This document shows positions 12,718-23,447 of a stretch of DNA of 64,000 bases, one piece after another. Position numbers and translations under genes: made by a program. The stretch is from assembly GCA_963777605.1 (NCBI GenBank), contig CAVZRV010000015.1, positions 32,001-96,000 of the forward strand, written 5' to 3'. Position 1 is the stretch's first letter. Each line of letters starts with the position of its first letter. The notes under the pieces are model-generated. The model worked only from the letters and a program-made list of their open reading frames with translations, was not told the origin of the DNA and ran no database searches. The DNA is from an uncultured Acidobacteriota bacterium. Lineage in GTDB: Bacteria > Acidobacteriota > UBA6911 > RPQK01 > JAPXNP01.

Positions 12718-13638
12718 TTACTTGCCCTCCTTGACGAGCCGGCTGAATCTGCGTGGCATCAGGGTCGATCCCTTCAGGCGGGTGTAGACTTGCCCCACCT
12801 CCGCACCGAAGAGGACGATCAGGCTCGTGTAGTAAATCCAGAACAGCATCACGACCAGGGAACCCGCCGCCCCGAAGATCGAGGTCAGGGACGTCCGGCC
12901 GAGATACTGGCTGATGAAGATTTTCCCCACCGTGAAGAGCAGGCCTGTGATCGTCGCCCCAACCAGGATGTCTTCCCAGGCGATCCGAACGTCCGGGATG
13001 TATCGGAACAGAAGAAGGAACAGCAGCGTCGAGAAAAAGAGCGTCATTCCGAGGTCGACAAATTCCCAGAAACGAAACCCAAGAGGAATCTGGATGGCGA
13101 GATGTCCCGAAATTGTGGCGATCGCCGCCGACACGACGACCGAAATAAGGAGCAAAAAGCCGACGGCCAGTACCATCCCGAACGCCACGATGCGAGCCGC
13201 CAGAAAACTCCAAATGTAGAGACCCGGGCGGGTTTCCACGCCCCAGACCTGGTTGAGGGCGGCTTGGAGTTGGGCGAAGACCGCCGTCGCGCCGAGCAGA
13301 AGAAGGGCTACGCCGAGGATCGTTCTCCCCCGTCCGGGGCGCGCGCTTTCGACATTGTCGATAACCGCCGCGACCACCCTGGCCCCTTCCTTTCCCGCGA
13401 TGCTTTCAACCTGGCTCACCAGTTCCGATTTCACCGCCTGGGTCTCGACAAAAGTAGTCGTCAGGCTGAGCAGAATGACCAAAAGTGGGGCCAGCGACAA
13501 CATCGTATAGAAGGCAATTGCGGCGCTGTAGCAGAATGCACTGTCCGCCATAAACTGGAAGATCGACTCTTTGGGAATCGTCCACAGCCAACTGCCAAGT
13601 CTAACGCGCTTTGCCACTGTTCCGTACCGATGTCGCAA
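12718..13638 (-). CDS. YihY/virulence factor BrkB family inner-membrane protein
   Basis: AAIAFYTMLSLAPLL, LQAALNQVWGV, FGAAGSLVVMLFWIYY...LFGAE. Confidence 0.92.
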   Translation of the reverse strand: MRHRYGTVAKRVRLGSWLWTIPKESIFQFMADSAFCYSAAIAFYTMLSLAPLLVILLSLTTTFVETQAVKSELVSQVESIAGKEGARVVAAVIDNVESARPGRGRTILGVALLLLGATAVFAQLQAALNQVWGVETRPGLYIWSFLAARIVAFGMVLAVGFLLLISVVVSAAIATISGHLAIQIPLGFRFWEFVDLGMTLFFSTLLFLLLFRYIPDVRIAWEDILVGATITGLLFTVGKIFISQYLGRTSLTSIFGAAGSLVVMLFWIYYTSLIVLFGAEVGQVYTRLKGSTLMPRRFSRLVKEGK

Positions 13639-13821
13639 TGCGACAAGTTTGTGCTCTGATGGAAAGTCATTGACCGGGACTCCGATCCACCGGCCATCCC
13701 TTCGTACGAACTTCTATCACACGACGCCCACTATTGCTGCAGCGAAGTAGCTGCGATCTTCGGTTCAGCCCCTCGCCGCCAGAACGTATACTGCACGTAA
13801 AGAAAGGACAGGGGGTCAACC

Positions 13822-14505
13822 ATGAGCCAGGACGAGAGCCGCACCAAACTTCTTTACACCGAATTTGTCACCCACGACGTCAAATCATTCATTGTCGAAC
13901 GACCTTCAGACTACTCGTTCGAACCAGGACAGGCTGCTGAACTGGCTATCGACTCGCCTGAATGGGCGGAGGAGAAGCGTCCCTTCACCTTCACATCAGA
14001 CGCACACGCACCGGCCCTTCAGTTCATTCTCAAGGGTTACCCCCAGCACCAGGGTGTAACCCAGGCACTGCACGAACTGGAACCGGGGGCGGAGTTGCTG
14101 CTCGGTCCCTCCTGGGGGACCATCACCTACCGGGGACCGGGCGTGTTCATTGCCGGTGGCGCCGGGGTCACACCGTTCATCGCCATCCTCAGAGACCTGC
14201 ACCGTCGCAATGATATTGCAGGCAATGCCCTGTTCTTTTCCAACAAGACCGCGGCAGACATCATCTTGGAGCAGGAGTTCCAGTGGATATTTCGGAAGAG
14301 CCCGGACCAACTGGTTTTCACCCTCACCCGCGATAAGAGGGCAGGCTGCACCGAGGGCCGAATCGACCGCGATTTCATTGCCGACCGGGTTAACGACTTC
14401 TCGCGGCCATTCTATGTGTGCGGTCCGCCCGAGTTCGTGGAATCGATCAAGGATGACCTCAGATCGCTCGGAGCTTCCGCGGACAGCCTGGTCTTCGAGG
14501 AGTGA
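13822..14505 (+). CDS. FAD/NAD(P)-binding oxidoreductase (ferredoxin/flavodoxin-NADP reductase family)
   Basis: F.PGQ, RPFTFTS, FIAGGAGVTPF, YVCGPP motifs. Confidence 0.9.
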   Translation: MSQDESRTKLLYTEFVTHDVKSFIVERPSDYSFEPGQAAELAIDSPEWAEEKRPFTFTSDAHAPALQFILKGYPQHQGVTQALHELEPGAELLLGPSWGTITYRGPGVFIAGGAGVTPFIAILRDLHRRNDIAGNALFFSNKTAADIILEQEFQWIFRKSPDQLVFTLTRDKRAGCTEGRIDRDFIADRVNDFSRPFYVCGPPEFVESIKDDLRSLGASADSLVFEE

Positions 14506-14640
14506 GAGGGCCTAGCGGGGCGCGGACCTGAAACTTCATTTGGGAGACTTCGAGTTGGAACGCCAAGTCGCCAACCAAGGGCTCTTGGGTTGAAAACAAA
14601 GAAGATCCTTGCGCCTTTGCGGTTCAATCCAGCCGCAGCA

Positions 14641-14660
14641 AGTTTCACTCTCTGAATGAT
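14641..14660 (-). repeat. dispersed intergenic motif, copy 2 (ATCATTCAGAGAGTGAAACT on the - strand)
   Basis: Exact 20/20 reverse-complement match to 31892-31911; upstream flanks also share GGAATCC and AGCCCGGC. Confidence 0.65.
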
Positions 14661-14821
14661 TCGCGCCGGCCGCCGGGCTACGGCGATCCGGATTCCACCG
14701 TAAAGAGCCTGTTCCAAGCTGAGTCTTCTCCGGCGATCCGGAGGATTCTGTCAGAATTCCGTTGAGCAGAAATGTAGTATTTTTCGCCACAGACCCCACA
14801 CAAGGAAGCAAAGGACTGGAG

Positions 14822-15059
14822 ATGGACAGAACGCGCCGTCGACCGCATTCACGACCGGGCGCAGGATCTTGCCGGTGAACTCGACAGCGCCATCCAGCGA
14901 CTCGATGCCCTGCGAAGTTCGACCAAACTCATGCTCGACAAGCAATACCAGGCCAACATCGCTGCAATGAGCCGATTTTCCGAAAGCCTTGATAAGACGC
15001 TCGACTACATGCAGTCCAGGCTCAACCTTGAGTCTGAAGCCGTTAACGACATGAGCTGA
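14822..15059 (+). CDS. unannotated small helical protein (~78 aa) whose start is displaced by a probable 1-bp error
   Basis: Open frame TERAVDRIHDRAQDLAGELDSAIQRLDALRSSTKLMLDKQYQANIAAMSRFSESLDKTLDYMQSRLNLESEAVNDMS*; the ATG at 14822 (after AAGGACTGGAG) is one base out of frame. Confidence 0.5.
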
Positions 15060-15110
15060 TCTTCATCCAGCTGAATACACTCGACAGGCCAAGTAAGAAC
15101 CTCAAGAAAG

Positions 15111-15132
15111 TGGCCGGCCTCAAGGCCGGCCA
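15111..15132. terminator. GC-rich hairpin TGGCCGGCC-TCAA-GGCCGGCCA between convergent genes
   Basis: Perfect 9-bp stem with a 4-nt loop and no clear U tract. Confidence 0.45.
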
Positions 15133-15218
15133 TCATTCCCCCGGCGCCCCCTGACTGCCACGCCAGGGCTGTCGCTTCCTGGCAGAGTAATCTCAAAGGG
15201 GAACTTGAAAGACGGATT

Positions 15219-16452
15219 CTACCGCTTCCCCTCGTTGAGCCAGATGTCGATTCGCGGCGTCTCCCAGGTGTAGGGCTTGTTCAGGATATCCAGGTCTCCG
15301 TCGCCATCCAGGTCTGCCAACCTGGCTTCGTGCCAGCCGTTGCCCTTCACCAGGATTGTCCTCCGGAAATTACCTTTGCCGTCGCCATAGAGAATCCAGG
15401 CCGTGGCATTCGGGTTGTCCGGTTCTGCCTGCTGCTCGTGCCACTTGGCCATCTCAGCGACGAAGATGTCCATGTTCCCGTCGCCGTCGATGTCACCGAG
15501 TTGAAGACTGTGCCCGTGAACCACGTCACGATCCAGCAGATTCCGCCCCACCCACGCATTGGGGTCAGCGGGGTCACCCCTGCACTCGTGGATCTGAACG
15601 GGGCCTCCGCCGTCTCCCGGAGAAGTGACAATCTGTGGATAGGGAGACGGATTGAACTTGCCGGAAAAAATCAACCCGCCCACCTGGGCGACCTTAATGC
15701 GCTCGAAAGAGCCGTTCGACCGGGCCCGGAACCAGGAGTCATAGGCCAGCAGATCCACTCTTCCGTCGCCATTCACGTCAGCGGCGGACATCCCCTCGGT
15801 GTAAGGCGAAGAAGCGGCCGCCGCACCCGATACCACAGTGCTCAGGGACCAGGTCGCAGCGAATCCCGGATCTTCCGGGATCTGTGCCAGGAAAATAGTC
15901 TTGGCCTGCTGGTTCCAGAATGCCAGTTGAGCTTGCCCTGTACCCAGGAAGTCGCCGAACACCTGGTCGTGATGCTGCTTTTCGCCACCCGACTTGATGA
16001 GACGGCGTTGCCACCGTCGGGCCGGATCAAATGATGGGCTCGGGTTCTCCCACCACCAGACGTCGGGACTCTGCCAGTCTCCTCCGAAAACCACGTCGAG
16101 GTCCCCGTCTCCGTCGATGTCGTACACCGCGCCGCCCGCCTCAACAGTCAGGTAGTCGGGTTCGACGATGTACTGGTTCCATCGAGTACCTTCGCGTCGA
16201 TACCAGACCAGGGCCGGCGGCTTCTGCCGGAAACTGACGATGAACCCGTTGGTTCCATCGCCGTCGAAATCCCCGATCACAACGCCTGTCTGCTGCTTCG
16301 AACCTCCCGGAGGCGCCGGCAGATCTCCCGTAGCACTGGAGAGATGCCGCCATGCCACTTCTGCACCGAAGGCGAGTCGTTATGGGCCCGACGACCAGGC
16401 ACAGAACCAGGCACAAGAAACAACGCCTTGTGGGCTCATCATCGAATAACAT
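15219..16452 (-). CDS. FG-GAP/VCBS repeat (integrin-like beta-propeller) exported protein; signal peptide separated by a probable frameshift near 16370
   Basis: Repeated D(I/L/F)DGDGD.D motifs. A hydrophobic leader RRCFLCLVLCLVVGPITT lies in a neighbouring frame just before AFGAEVAWRH; start uncertain. Confidence 0.8.
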
Positions 16453-16523
16453 CACGCAATTGAGCCGTAGAAGGGACATTCGCAAACGGGCAATTCCCGG
16501 CCACGAATGCACCAACCCAAGTT

Positions 16524-17940
16524 CTAGTATTCGCGGTCAATCTTGATCCCCGGTTCGGGGATGGGATACTTCCCGTCCTTGCCGGCCTGCAGGGGAGCCG
16601 CAGACTTGGCGGTAAGCTGATCCAGTCCTGGAGCAAACTCGTGGTCCGAGTTCAGGATCTGGTCAAACGTGATCAATTGTCCCGTGTGAACAGCCATGCG
16701 CCCCATGGAGGTGACCAGGCTGGCCTCGGCGCCCCGCTTGACTTCGTTGTAGGGCCGGTCTTCACGGATCGCGGCAATCAGGTCCTGCCATTCCAACCGG
16801 TAGGGGTTTCGCTCCGGCTGCGGGAATGCCCAGGTCAGGTCCTGCTCCTTCTTCATGTTCTGCCATTTGTAGGTCCGGCACTTCGCGGGAGTGTGGGACG
16901 AAGTCGAGATCACCGCGGAACCCTTGGTTCCGTGAGCGTAGCTTGCAAACTCGTTGTAGCAACCGTCGATGCACCGACCATGCAGGACCAGAGTCGCATC
17001 GTCGGGAAAGGTGTACTCCACGATGTAGTTGTCGAAATTCTGGTCAATGGCATCGCCCCGGTTAAAACGTCCGCCCAGTCCCTGAGCTTTGACCGGCCAG
17101 GCGCCCTTCATCCAGCAGCACTCGTCGATGTTGTGGATGTAGAAATCGCTGTAGCAACCGCCGCTGGCCCAGAGGAAACTGTGAAACCGCTGGATCTGAT
17201 ACATCAACTCGTTGATTCCGTCCGGCTTCGGGCGGAGACGTGAAGTACCCCACCGGCCCGTGCATCCGGTAGGCACGCAGACTCTCGATGTCACCAATCT
17301 CGCCGTTCTGGATCCGGTCGAGCAGTTCCTTTCGAGCTTCGCAGTGCCGGCACATCAGGCCGACTCCAACCTTCATGTTCTTGGCTTCCGAGATCTCTCC
17401 AAGCTTGAGCATCCGGCGGGTCGTCGGTCCGTCAACCGTGACCGGCTTCTCCATGAAGACGTTGAGTCCCTTTTCGATCGCATAGGTGAAATGGACCCAG
17501 CGAAAGGCGGGAGGGGTAGCCAGGATGACGACATCACCCGGCTTGAGTAAGTCCATGGCGTGCTTGTAAGCGTCGAATCCGAGGAACTTGCGGTCTTCCG
17601 AGACATCGATCTGATCCGGCCCTACAACCGGAGCGTTGGTCTCCAGGTCTTTCTCGTTAGCCTGGACGTCCTTGATTGCCTCATAGCTGTGCTTGAGGCG
17701 CTGTTCGAAAACGTCCGCCATGGCAACCAGCTTGATCGGCCCGTTCTTCACGGCCAGCGCATCCACGGCCGCACCCGAACCGCGGCCGCCACACCCTACC
17801 AGGGCAATCTGGATTGTGTTGTTTTCCGCCGCATAGGCACCGGCAAACAACCCCGAAGCTGCAGCAACACTCGAGGCAACTTTCCCGGTCTCCTTTAAGA
17901 AACCTCTCCGCGAATTCCCCGTTTTCGTGATTTCGCTCAT
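16524..17940 (-). CDS. Gfo/Idh/MocA family oxidoreductase with a twin-arginine leader, frameshifted near 17235
   Basis: SRRGFLK, LVGCGGRG, ATPP, MEKP in ORF 17062..18021; HNID..CW and the C-terminus in ORF 16524..17297; the join reads FTSPP-KPDGINE. Confidence 0.88.
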
Positions 17941-18085
17941 TTCCGTCCCTTCCTCATTCACTCCTGGTAAATCGAACCGCCGCGCGATTCGCACACAGAC
18001 TCTCCCCTTCGATTCCCTCAAGTCATCCGGCGGACAACCTGATCATTATAGTCACCCCACTACGCCACACAAGGCCTCATTCTCA

Positions 18086-19496
18086 CTACACCATTCCGGT
18101 CCGGACGGTCTCTTCAGAGATGAAGACACTTCGGCAACCACTCCACCCGGACTCAGCAATCAGGTTCATCGCTGCACGCATCAAGGCATCCCATTCCTCC
18201 GGGTTCTCTTGAAGCAGGAGCGGGACGACTCCTCGAACCAGAGCCAGCCGGCGGAAGGTCGCCTCCACCGGGGTCACGGCAAGGATCGGCTGGCGAGGAC
18301 GATACTTGGAAACGAAGCGGGCCATCTGTCCGGACCGCGTAATGGTCGTGATCTCGTCTACTTTCAACTGCCCGGCCAACCGACACCCCGTCTCAGCAAG
18401 GTGCTCCTTCTGGCATCGTGACGAATTCCGTTCCCGGGCGGGCTCGAGCTCTTCCCAGCCGAATTGCAGCCCGGAATCTTCGGCGGCGCGCACGATCGCG
18501 TCCATGGTTTTCACCGCAGCAACCGGGAAGTTGCCCACCGCCGTTTCCTCTGAAAGCATGACGGCGTCGGTTCCATCCATCACGGCGTTGGCGACATCGG
18601 CTACCTCGGCCCGGGTCGGACGCGGCGAATTCACCATCGACCAAAGCATCTGGGTGGCGGTGATCACCGGTTTTGCAAGGCGGTTGGCCGAGCCGATGAT
18701 CCGTTTCTGGAGGGCCGGGACCCGGGTAAACGGCGTCTCGATGCTCAGGTCACCCCGGGCGATCATGACCCCGTCGGCCTCGCTGAGAATGGCATCGATA
18801 TTCTCAACGGCTGCCTGGGTCTCGATCTTGGCGATCAACGGGGTCGAACCACCCCGATTTTCGATTTCGCGCCTCGCCGTCCGCACGTCATCCGGGCTCC
18901 GCACGAAAGACAGGCCCACGTAGTCTACCCCTTCGGTCAGCCCAAACGCCAAGTCCTCGAGGTCCTTGCTCGAGAGGATCGGAAGTCCGAGCAGGCCGGA
19001 CGGACAATTCACTCCCTTGCGCGAGCTCAGCCTTCCCCCGATACTGACTCGACAGTGAATGTTGGGGCCGTGCTACCTCTTCGACCTCCAGTTCGATCCA
19101 CCCGTCGTTGAGCAGGAGCCGGTCACCCGGCTGGACTTCCTCGGGGAGTTTCCCGTAGGAGACGGAGACGATCGACGCATCACCGCGAACCTTCTGCGTC
19201 GTCAAGACGAAATTCTGTCCCTGCTGCAAATTTACGCTGCCCTCTTCAAAGTCCCCTATCCGGACCTTCGGTCCCGCGAGGTCCTGCAGGATCGCGACCG
19301 AAAGGTTCAGTTCAGCCGACTGGCGGCGTACAGCGCGAATCACGTTGCGATGGCTGTCGTGAGTACCGTGGGAGAAATTGAGTCGCGCGACGTTCATTCC
19401 GGCCTGGATCAGGTCCCGGATCACGGACTCCGATTCGGTCGCCGGTCCGATCGTGCAAACGATCTTGGCTTTTCGGTCTTTCGTGGGGATAGTCAT
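18086..19496 (-). CDS. pyk: pyruvate kinase, frameshifted near 19070
   Basis: KIVCTIGPA, RLNFSHG, DLAGPKVR in the 5' ORF; IAKIE, MIARGDL, ATQML.SM...PRPTRAE, DAVMLS in the 3' ORF; one extra base after EEVA. Confidence 0.93.
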
Positions 19497-19672
19497 TTTG
19501 AATCCTCTTCAACGGCGGTGTCGAGAAGATATTGACAAGCCACAGGGCTCAAGTCCAGTGTCTTGCACAGAGAGGACTGCCAGTCTTCCGGCACCCGCTC
19601 GGCGGACCATCAGAGCCCGGAAGAACTCCGTCCGTCCCGTCCCCGGCTGATATGATCAGGGCTTCCTGAGCC

Positions 19673-21144
19673 ATGGCAGCACACGACGAATTCGCCCAAA
19701 AGACAATCAGCGGCCTGGGCTGGAGCATGACCAGCCAGCTCGGCCGCCAGGGACTCGGCCTTATTCTGGGGATTGTCCTGGCCCGGCTTCTCTCCCCCGC
19801 GAGTTCGGCCTGATCGCCATGGTGCTGGTCTTCTCGGGATTTGCTGCCCTCATCACCGAGTTCGGGTTCGTCAGCACACTGGTACAGAAACGGGACGTCC
19901 GCGACGAGCATCTGAACTCCGTCTTCTGGTTCAACTGCAGCCTGGGGATTCTGCTGGCCGGCCTTTTCGTGATCCTCGCGCCACTGGTCGCAGACTTCTA
20001 CGACGAACCCGCACTCACGGCGCCGGCACGAGCCATGGCCGCCGCGTTTCCACTCTGGACCGTCAGCACGGTACAACGGGCCCTGCTCTCCCGAGGAATG
20101 GATTTCAGGCGACTGGCGATAGGTGAGATCGCAGGAGTGGGGCTGGGAGGGATTGCCGCGGTCGTCGCGGCGGTCTCTAACATGGGGGTCTGGAGCCTGG
20201 TCATTCAACAACTTCTCCAGCCGGCGATCTCTTCACTGGTGCTCTGGATCCTGTGCCGGTGGAGGCCACACTTGCAATTCCGCTGGTCGGCACTGCGTGA
20301 CCTGATGGGTTTCGGCCTCAACGTCCTCGGCTACCGCGGCCTCAGCCACTGGAGCCACAATCTCGATTCCCTGCTTGTAGGCCGCTTCCTTGGCAGCAGT
20401 CCGCTCGGGATTTACGATCTCGCGTACCGGATCATGCAGTTCCCGGTCTGGAACGTCTCGCGCTCTCTCCACCGGGTTATGTTCTCTTCGTTCTCAAAGA
20501 TCCAGGATCAACGGGATCGCATCCGGGAGGTGTTCCTTAGAGCCGTGAGTGTTGTGGCGCTGGCCGTCTTCCCGCTTATGCTCGGCACCCTCGCGACCGC
20601 GCCGTACCTGGTGGAAACCGTCTTCGGACGGGACTGGATCGCGATGGTTCCCGTTCTTCAGATTTTCTGCATCGCCTCGATCTTCGAATCCGTCGCCGGG
20701 CTGACGAGCATGCTCTTTCTGTCACAGGGTCGTGCCGATCTCCAGTTCCGGGTGGGCATTTTTCTGAAGATCAACACCCTTGCAGGCATCGTGATCGGGC
20801 TTCGCTGGGGTGTCACCGGGGTTGCTGCGGGATACACGGTGGCCTCGATCATCAATTTCTTCCCCGCCTTCCACTTCTCGGGACGACTCGTCTCGATGCC
20901 GTTTCGGAGACTGGTCAGCACCTCGCTGCCGATGCTGGCGGCCGCGACCGTCATGTCTCTGGCGGTCCACGCAACAAGCCTCACTCTCCCCCCGGGATGG
21001 CCCGCACCTGTCAAACTCATTCTCCTGATCTGTGTCGGCGTTATGGTCTACGGAGCCATAGTCTTCGGTTTTCGGTTGCGCGCCTGGGAAGAGAGTCGCA
21101 ATTTCATCCGCACACAGATGATCGCTCGCAGAACTGGGCAGTGA
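19673..21144 (+). CDS. polysaccharide flippase (WzxC/PST-like, MOP superfamily), frameshifted near 19800
   Basis: MAAHDEFAQKTISGLGWS...LARLLSP from the ATG at 19673 joins EFGLIAM in the next frame; many TM helices; G.FLG...LGIY.LAY. Confidence 0.88.
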
Positions 21145-21274
21145 ACTCCGCTGGCGAAACCGAAGACGGCACCGATCGTCAACACGTCCGGGGAGCGGAT
21201 GCCCTCCAGAAGACTTGACTCTCCCTAAAAGCTCGAATAACAAGGAATCAGGAATTGGGTCCTGAGGAGGTGCT

Positions 21275-23011
21275 ATGAAGTCGTTCCCGTTGTTTAGGCT
21301 GGTGGCCGCGGTTGTGGCGATCTCGCTGGTTCACATCTTCTGTTCGTCGGGGCCACCTTCCAGGTCCTTTCTGATCTCACTCCCGGAAGGTGTCTCAGAC
21401 AAACCTCTCGATGGTCGGCTCCTGTTGATGATCTCGACCGACGATTCGGCCGAGCCCCGGTTTCAAATCGGCGACGGCATTGAGACGCAACAGATCTTCG
21501 GAGTGGATGTGGAGGGGATGACCGCAGGTCAACCCGTAGCCATCGACGAAACAGTATTTGGGTACCCCCTGCCAGGACTCTCCGAGGTTCAGCCCGGCGA
21601 GTACACCGTTCAGGCACTGCTCCACGTCTATGAGACTTTTCATCGAGCCGACGGACATACCGTGAAACTCCCGATGGACCGCGGTGAGGGCCAGCACTGG
21701 AACATCGCTCCCGGCAACCTTTACAGCTCACCGAAGCGGATCAGGATCGGCCAGGGCGACCAGCAGACCGAACTAGTACTGAGCGAGGTCATTCCTCCTA
21801 TTCCCGACCCGAAAGACACCCACTACATCCGTCACGTCAAACTGCAGAGCGACCTGCTGTCCGCGTTTTGGGGCCGCCCGATGTTCCTGGGGGCCACCGT
21901 CCTCCTGCCCGAGGGCTTCGACGAACATCCCGATGCGCACTACCCTCTGGTCATCAACCACGGGCATTTCTCCCGGACGATCAGTGACTTCCGGGAAGAG
22001 CCCCCCGATCCCAACCTGAAACCCGAGTACAGCGAGCGGTTCAAGATCGAAGGCTACAACCGGATCGTGCAGGAGTATGCATACCAGTTCTACAAGGATT
22101 GGACGGGCCCCGATTTTCCAAGGGTGATCCTGATCGAAATCCAGCACGCCAACCCCTACTACGACGATTCCTATGCCGTAAACTCTGCCAACCTGGGCCC
22201 GTACGGGGATGCCATTACCCACGAACTCATTCCCTACATCGAGGAGAAGTTTCGGGGAATCGGCGAAGGCTGGGCACGGTTTCTCTACGGCGGCTCAACG
22301 GGAGGATGGGAGGCCCTGGCCGCACAAATCTTCTATCCCGCCGATTACAACGGCTGCTGGGCGGCGTGTCCTGATCCCATCGACTTTCGAGCCTACACCG
22401 TCGTGAACATCTACGAGGATTCAAACGCCTACTACGAAATCGGCCCCTGGAAAAAGGTCCCCCGACCAGGAATGAGAAACTACCTCGGGCAGATCGGCGC
22501 AACGCTGGAGCAGATGAATCACCGAGAGCTGGTTCAAGGAAGCCGTGGACGATCGGGAGACCAGTGGGATATTTGGGAGGCGGTCTACAGTCCGGTCGAC
22601 AGGGACGGCTATCCGCTTCGACTCTGGGACAAGATGACTGGTCAGATCAACCACGAAGTCGCCAGGTACTGGCAGGAGAATTACGACCTTCGCTACATCC
22701 TGGAACGGGACTGGGACATCCTGGGGCCCCAGCTGGAAGGCAAGATCCACATCTACTGCGGGGACATGGACACCTACTATCTCAACGACGCCGTCTACCT
22801 GATGGAGGACTTCCTCGAAAAGACCACCAATCCCTACTACGCGGGTGAGGTGGACTACGGGGACCGGGCCGAGCACTGCTGGAACGGGGATCACACCCGG
22901 CCGAATGCGATCTCCCGGCTCCGCTACCACCAGATGTACATCCCGAAAATCGCAGAAAGGATCCTCAAGTCGGCGCCTCCCGGGGCCGACCTCAAGAGTT
23001 GGAGTTATTAG
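21275..23011 (+). CDS. exported alpha/beta-hydrolase (esterase-like) protein
   Basis: Signal peptide, GGSTGG nucleophile elbow, GAGGAGG RBS. Confidence 0.75.
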   Translation: MKSFPLFRLVAAVVAISLVHIFCSSGPPSRSFLISLPEGVSDKPLDGRLLLMISTDDSAEPRFQIGDGIETQQIFGVDVEGMTAGQPVAIDETVFGYPLPGLSEVQPGEYTVQALLHVYETFHRADGHTVKLPMDRGEGQHWNIAPGNLYSSPKRIRIGQGDQQTELVLSEVIPPIPDPKDTHYIRHVKLQSDLLSAFWGRPMFLGATVLLPEGFDEHPDAHYPLVINHGHFSRTISDFREEPPDPNLKPEYSERFKIEGYNRIVQEYAYQFYKDWTGPDFPRVILIEIQHANPYYDDSYAVNSANLGPYGDAITHELIPYIEEKFRGIGEGWARFLYGGSTGGWEALAAQIFYPADYNGCWAACPDPIDFRAYTVVNIYEDSNAYYEIGPWKKVPRPGMRNYLGQIGATLEQMNHRELVQGSRGRSGDQWDIWEAVYSPVDRDGYPLRLWDKMTGQINHEVARYWQENYDLRYILERDWDILGPQLEGKIHIYCGDMDTYYLNDAVYLMEDFLEKTTNPYYAGEVDYGDRAEHCWNGDHTRPNAISRLRYHQMYIPKIAERILKSAPPGADLKSWSY

Positions 23012-23157
23012 CGGAACCTTTCGGTTCGCGCACTCCAAATGAATCCTGCAGCCATGCCGGACTCGAGAGGAAACCCGCGGCGGTAGGCATCCTCGGATTT
23101 GGGCAGGCCAAAATGCTCTAACGAACCGGTGCAAAAGTGCTGTGTTAGGATGACCAC

Positions 23158-23382
23158 ATGAGCGATCGCGTCATCATTTACGGAAAACCTGGTTGACCCC
23201 ACACCGAGGCCGCCCGTGAGGAACTTGGCCGACAACACCCTGCCGTCGAGTACGTGGACGTCAAGCGCGACCCGGAAGGGTTGGAGCGCATGTTGCGGGA
23301 GAACGGCGGCATCCGAAAAGTGCCGACGATCCTGCTGGACGGGAATGTGAAGATCGGGTACGGGGGGACCTGAGGAGTCTGA
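23158..23382 (+). CDS. glutaredoxin-like selenoprotein with two predicted Sec residues (UXX-star type), 74 aa
   Basis: MSDRVIIYGKPG-U-PHTEAAREELGRQHPAVEYVDVKRDPEGLERMLRENGGIRKVPTILLDGNVKIGYGGT-U-GV*. TGA at 23194 aligns to the Grx catalytic Cys, TGA at 23371 gives U-x-x-stop, VPTI cis-Pro motif, AGGA RBS, SECIS-like hairpins after both UGAs. Absent from the ORF track. Confidence 0.85.
23204..23228 (+). promoter_or_regulatory. candidate SECIS hairpin for the first UGA
   Basis: CCGAG/CTTGG lower stem and a CC-GTGA-GG apical loop; loop G follows 19 nt after the UGA; the upper stem is weak. Confidence 0.45.
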
Positions 23383-23407
23383 TAACCGCCGGCGGTCGGC
23401 CGGCAGA
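23378..23407 (+). promoter_or_regulatory. candidate SECIS hairpin for the second UGA
   Basis: GCCGGC-GGTCG-GCCGGC stem-loop with a G-starting GGTC loop 20 nt after the UGA, resembling the E. coli fdhF SECIS loop. Confidence 0.6.
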
Positions 23408-23447
23408 ATCGTGCGACTCGAATTGATCTTCGCCTGCTTTTCCGCTT

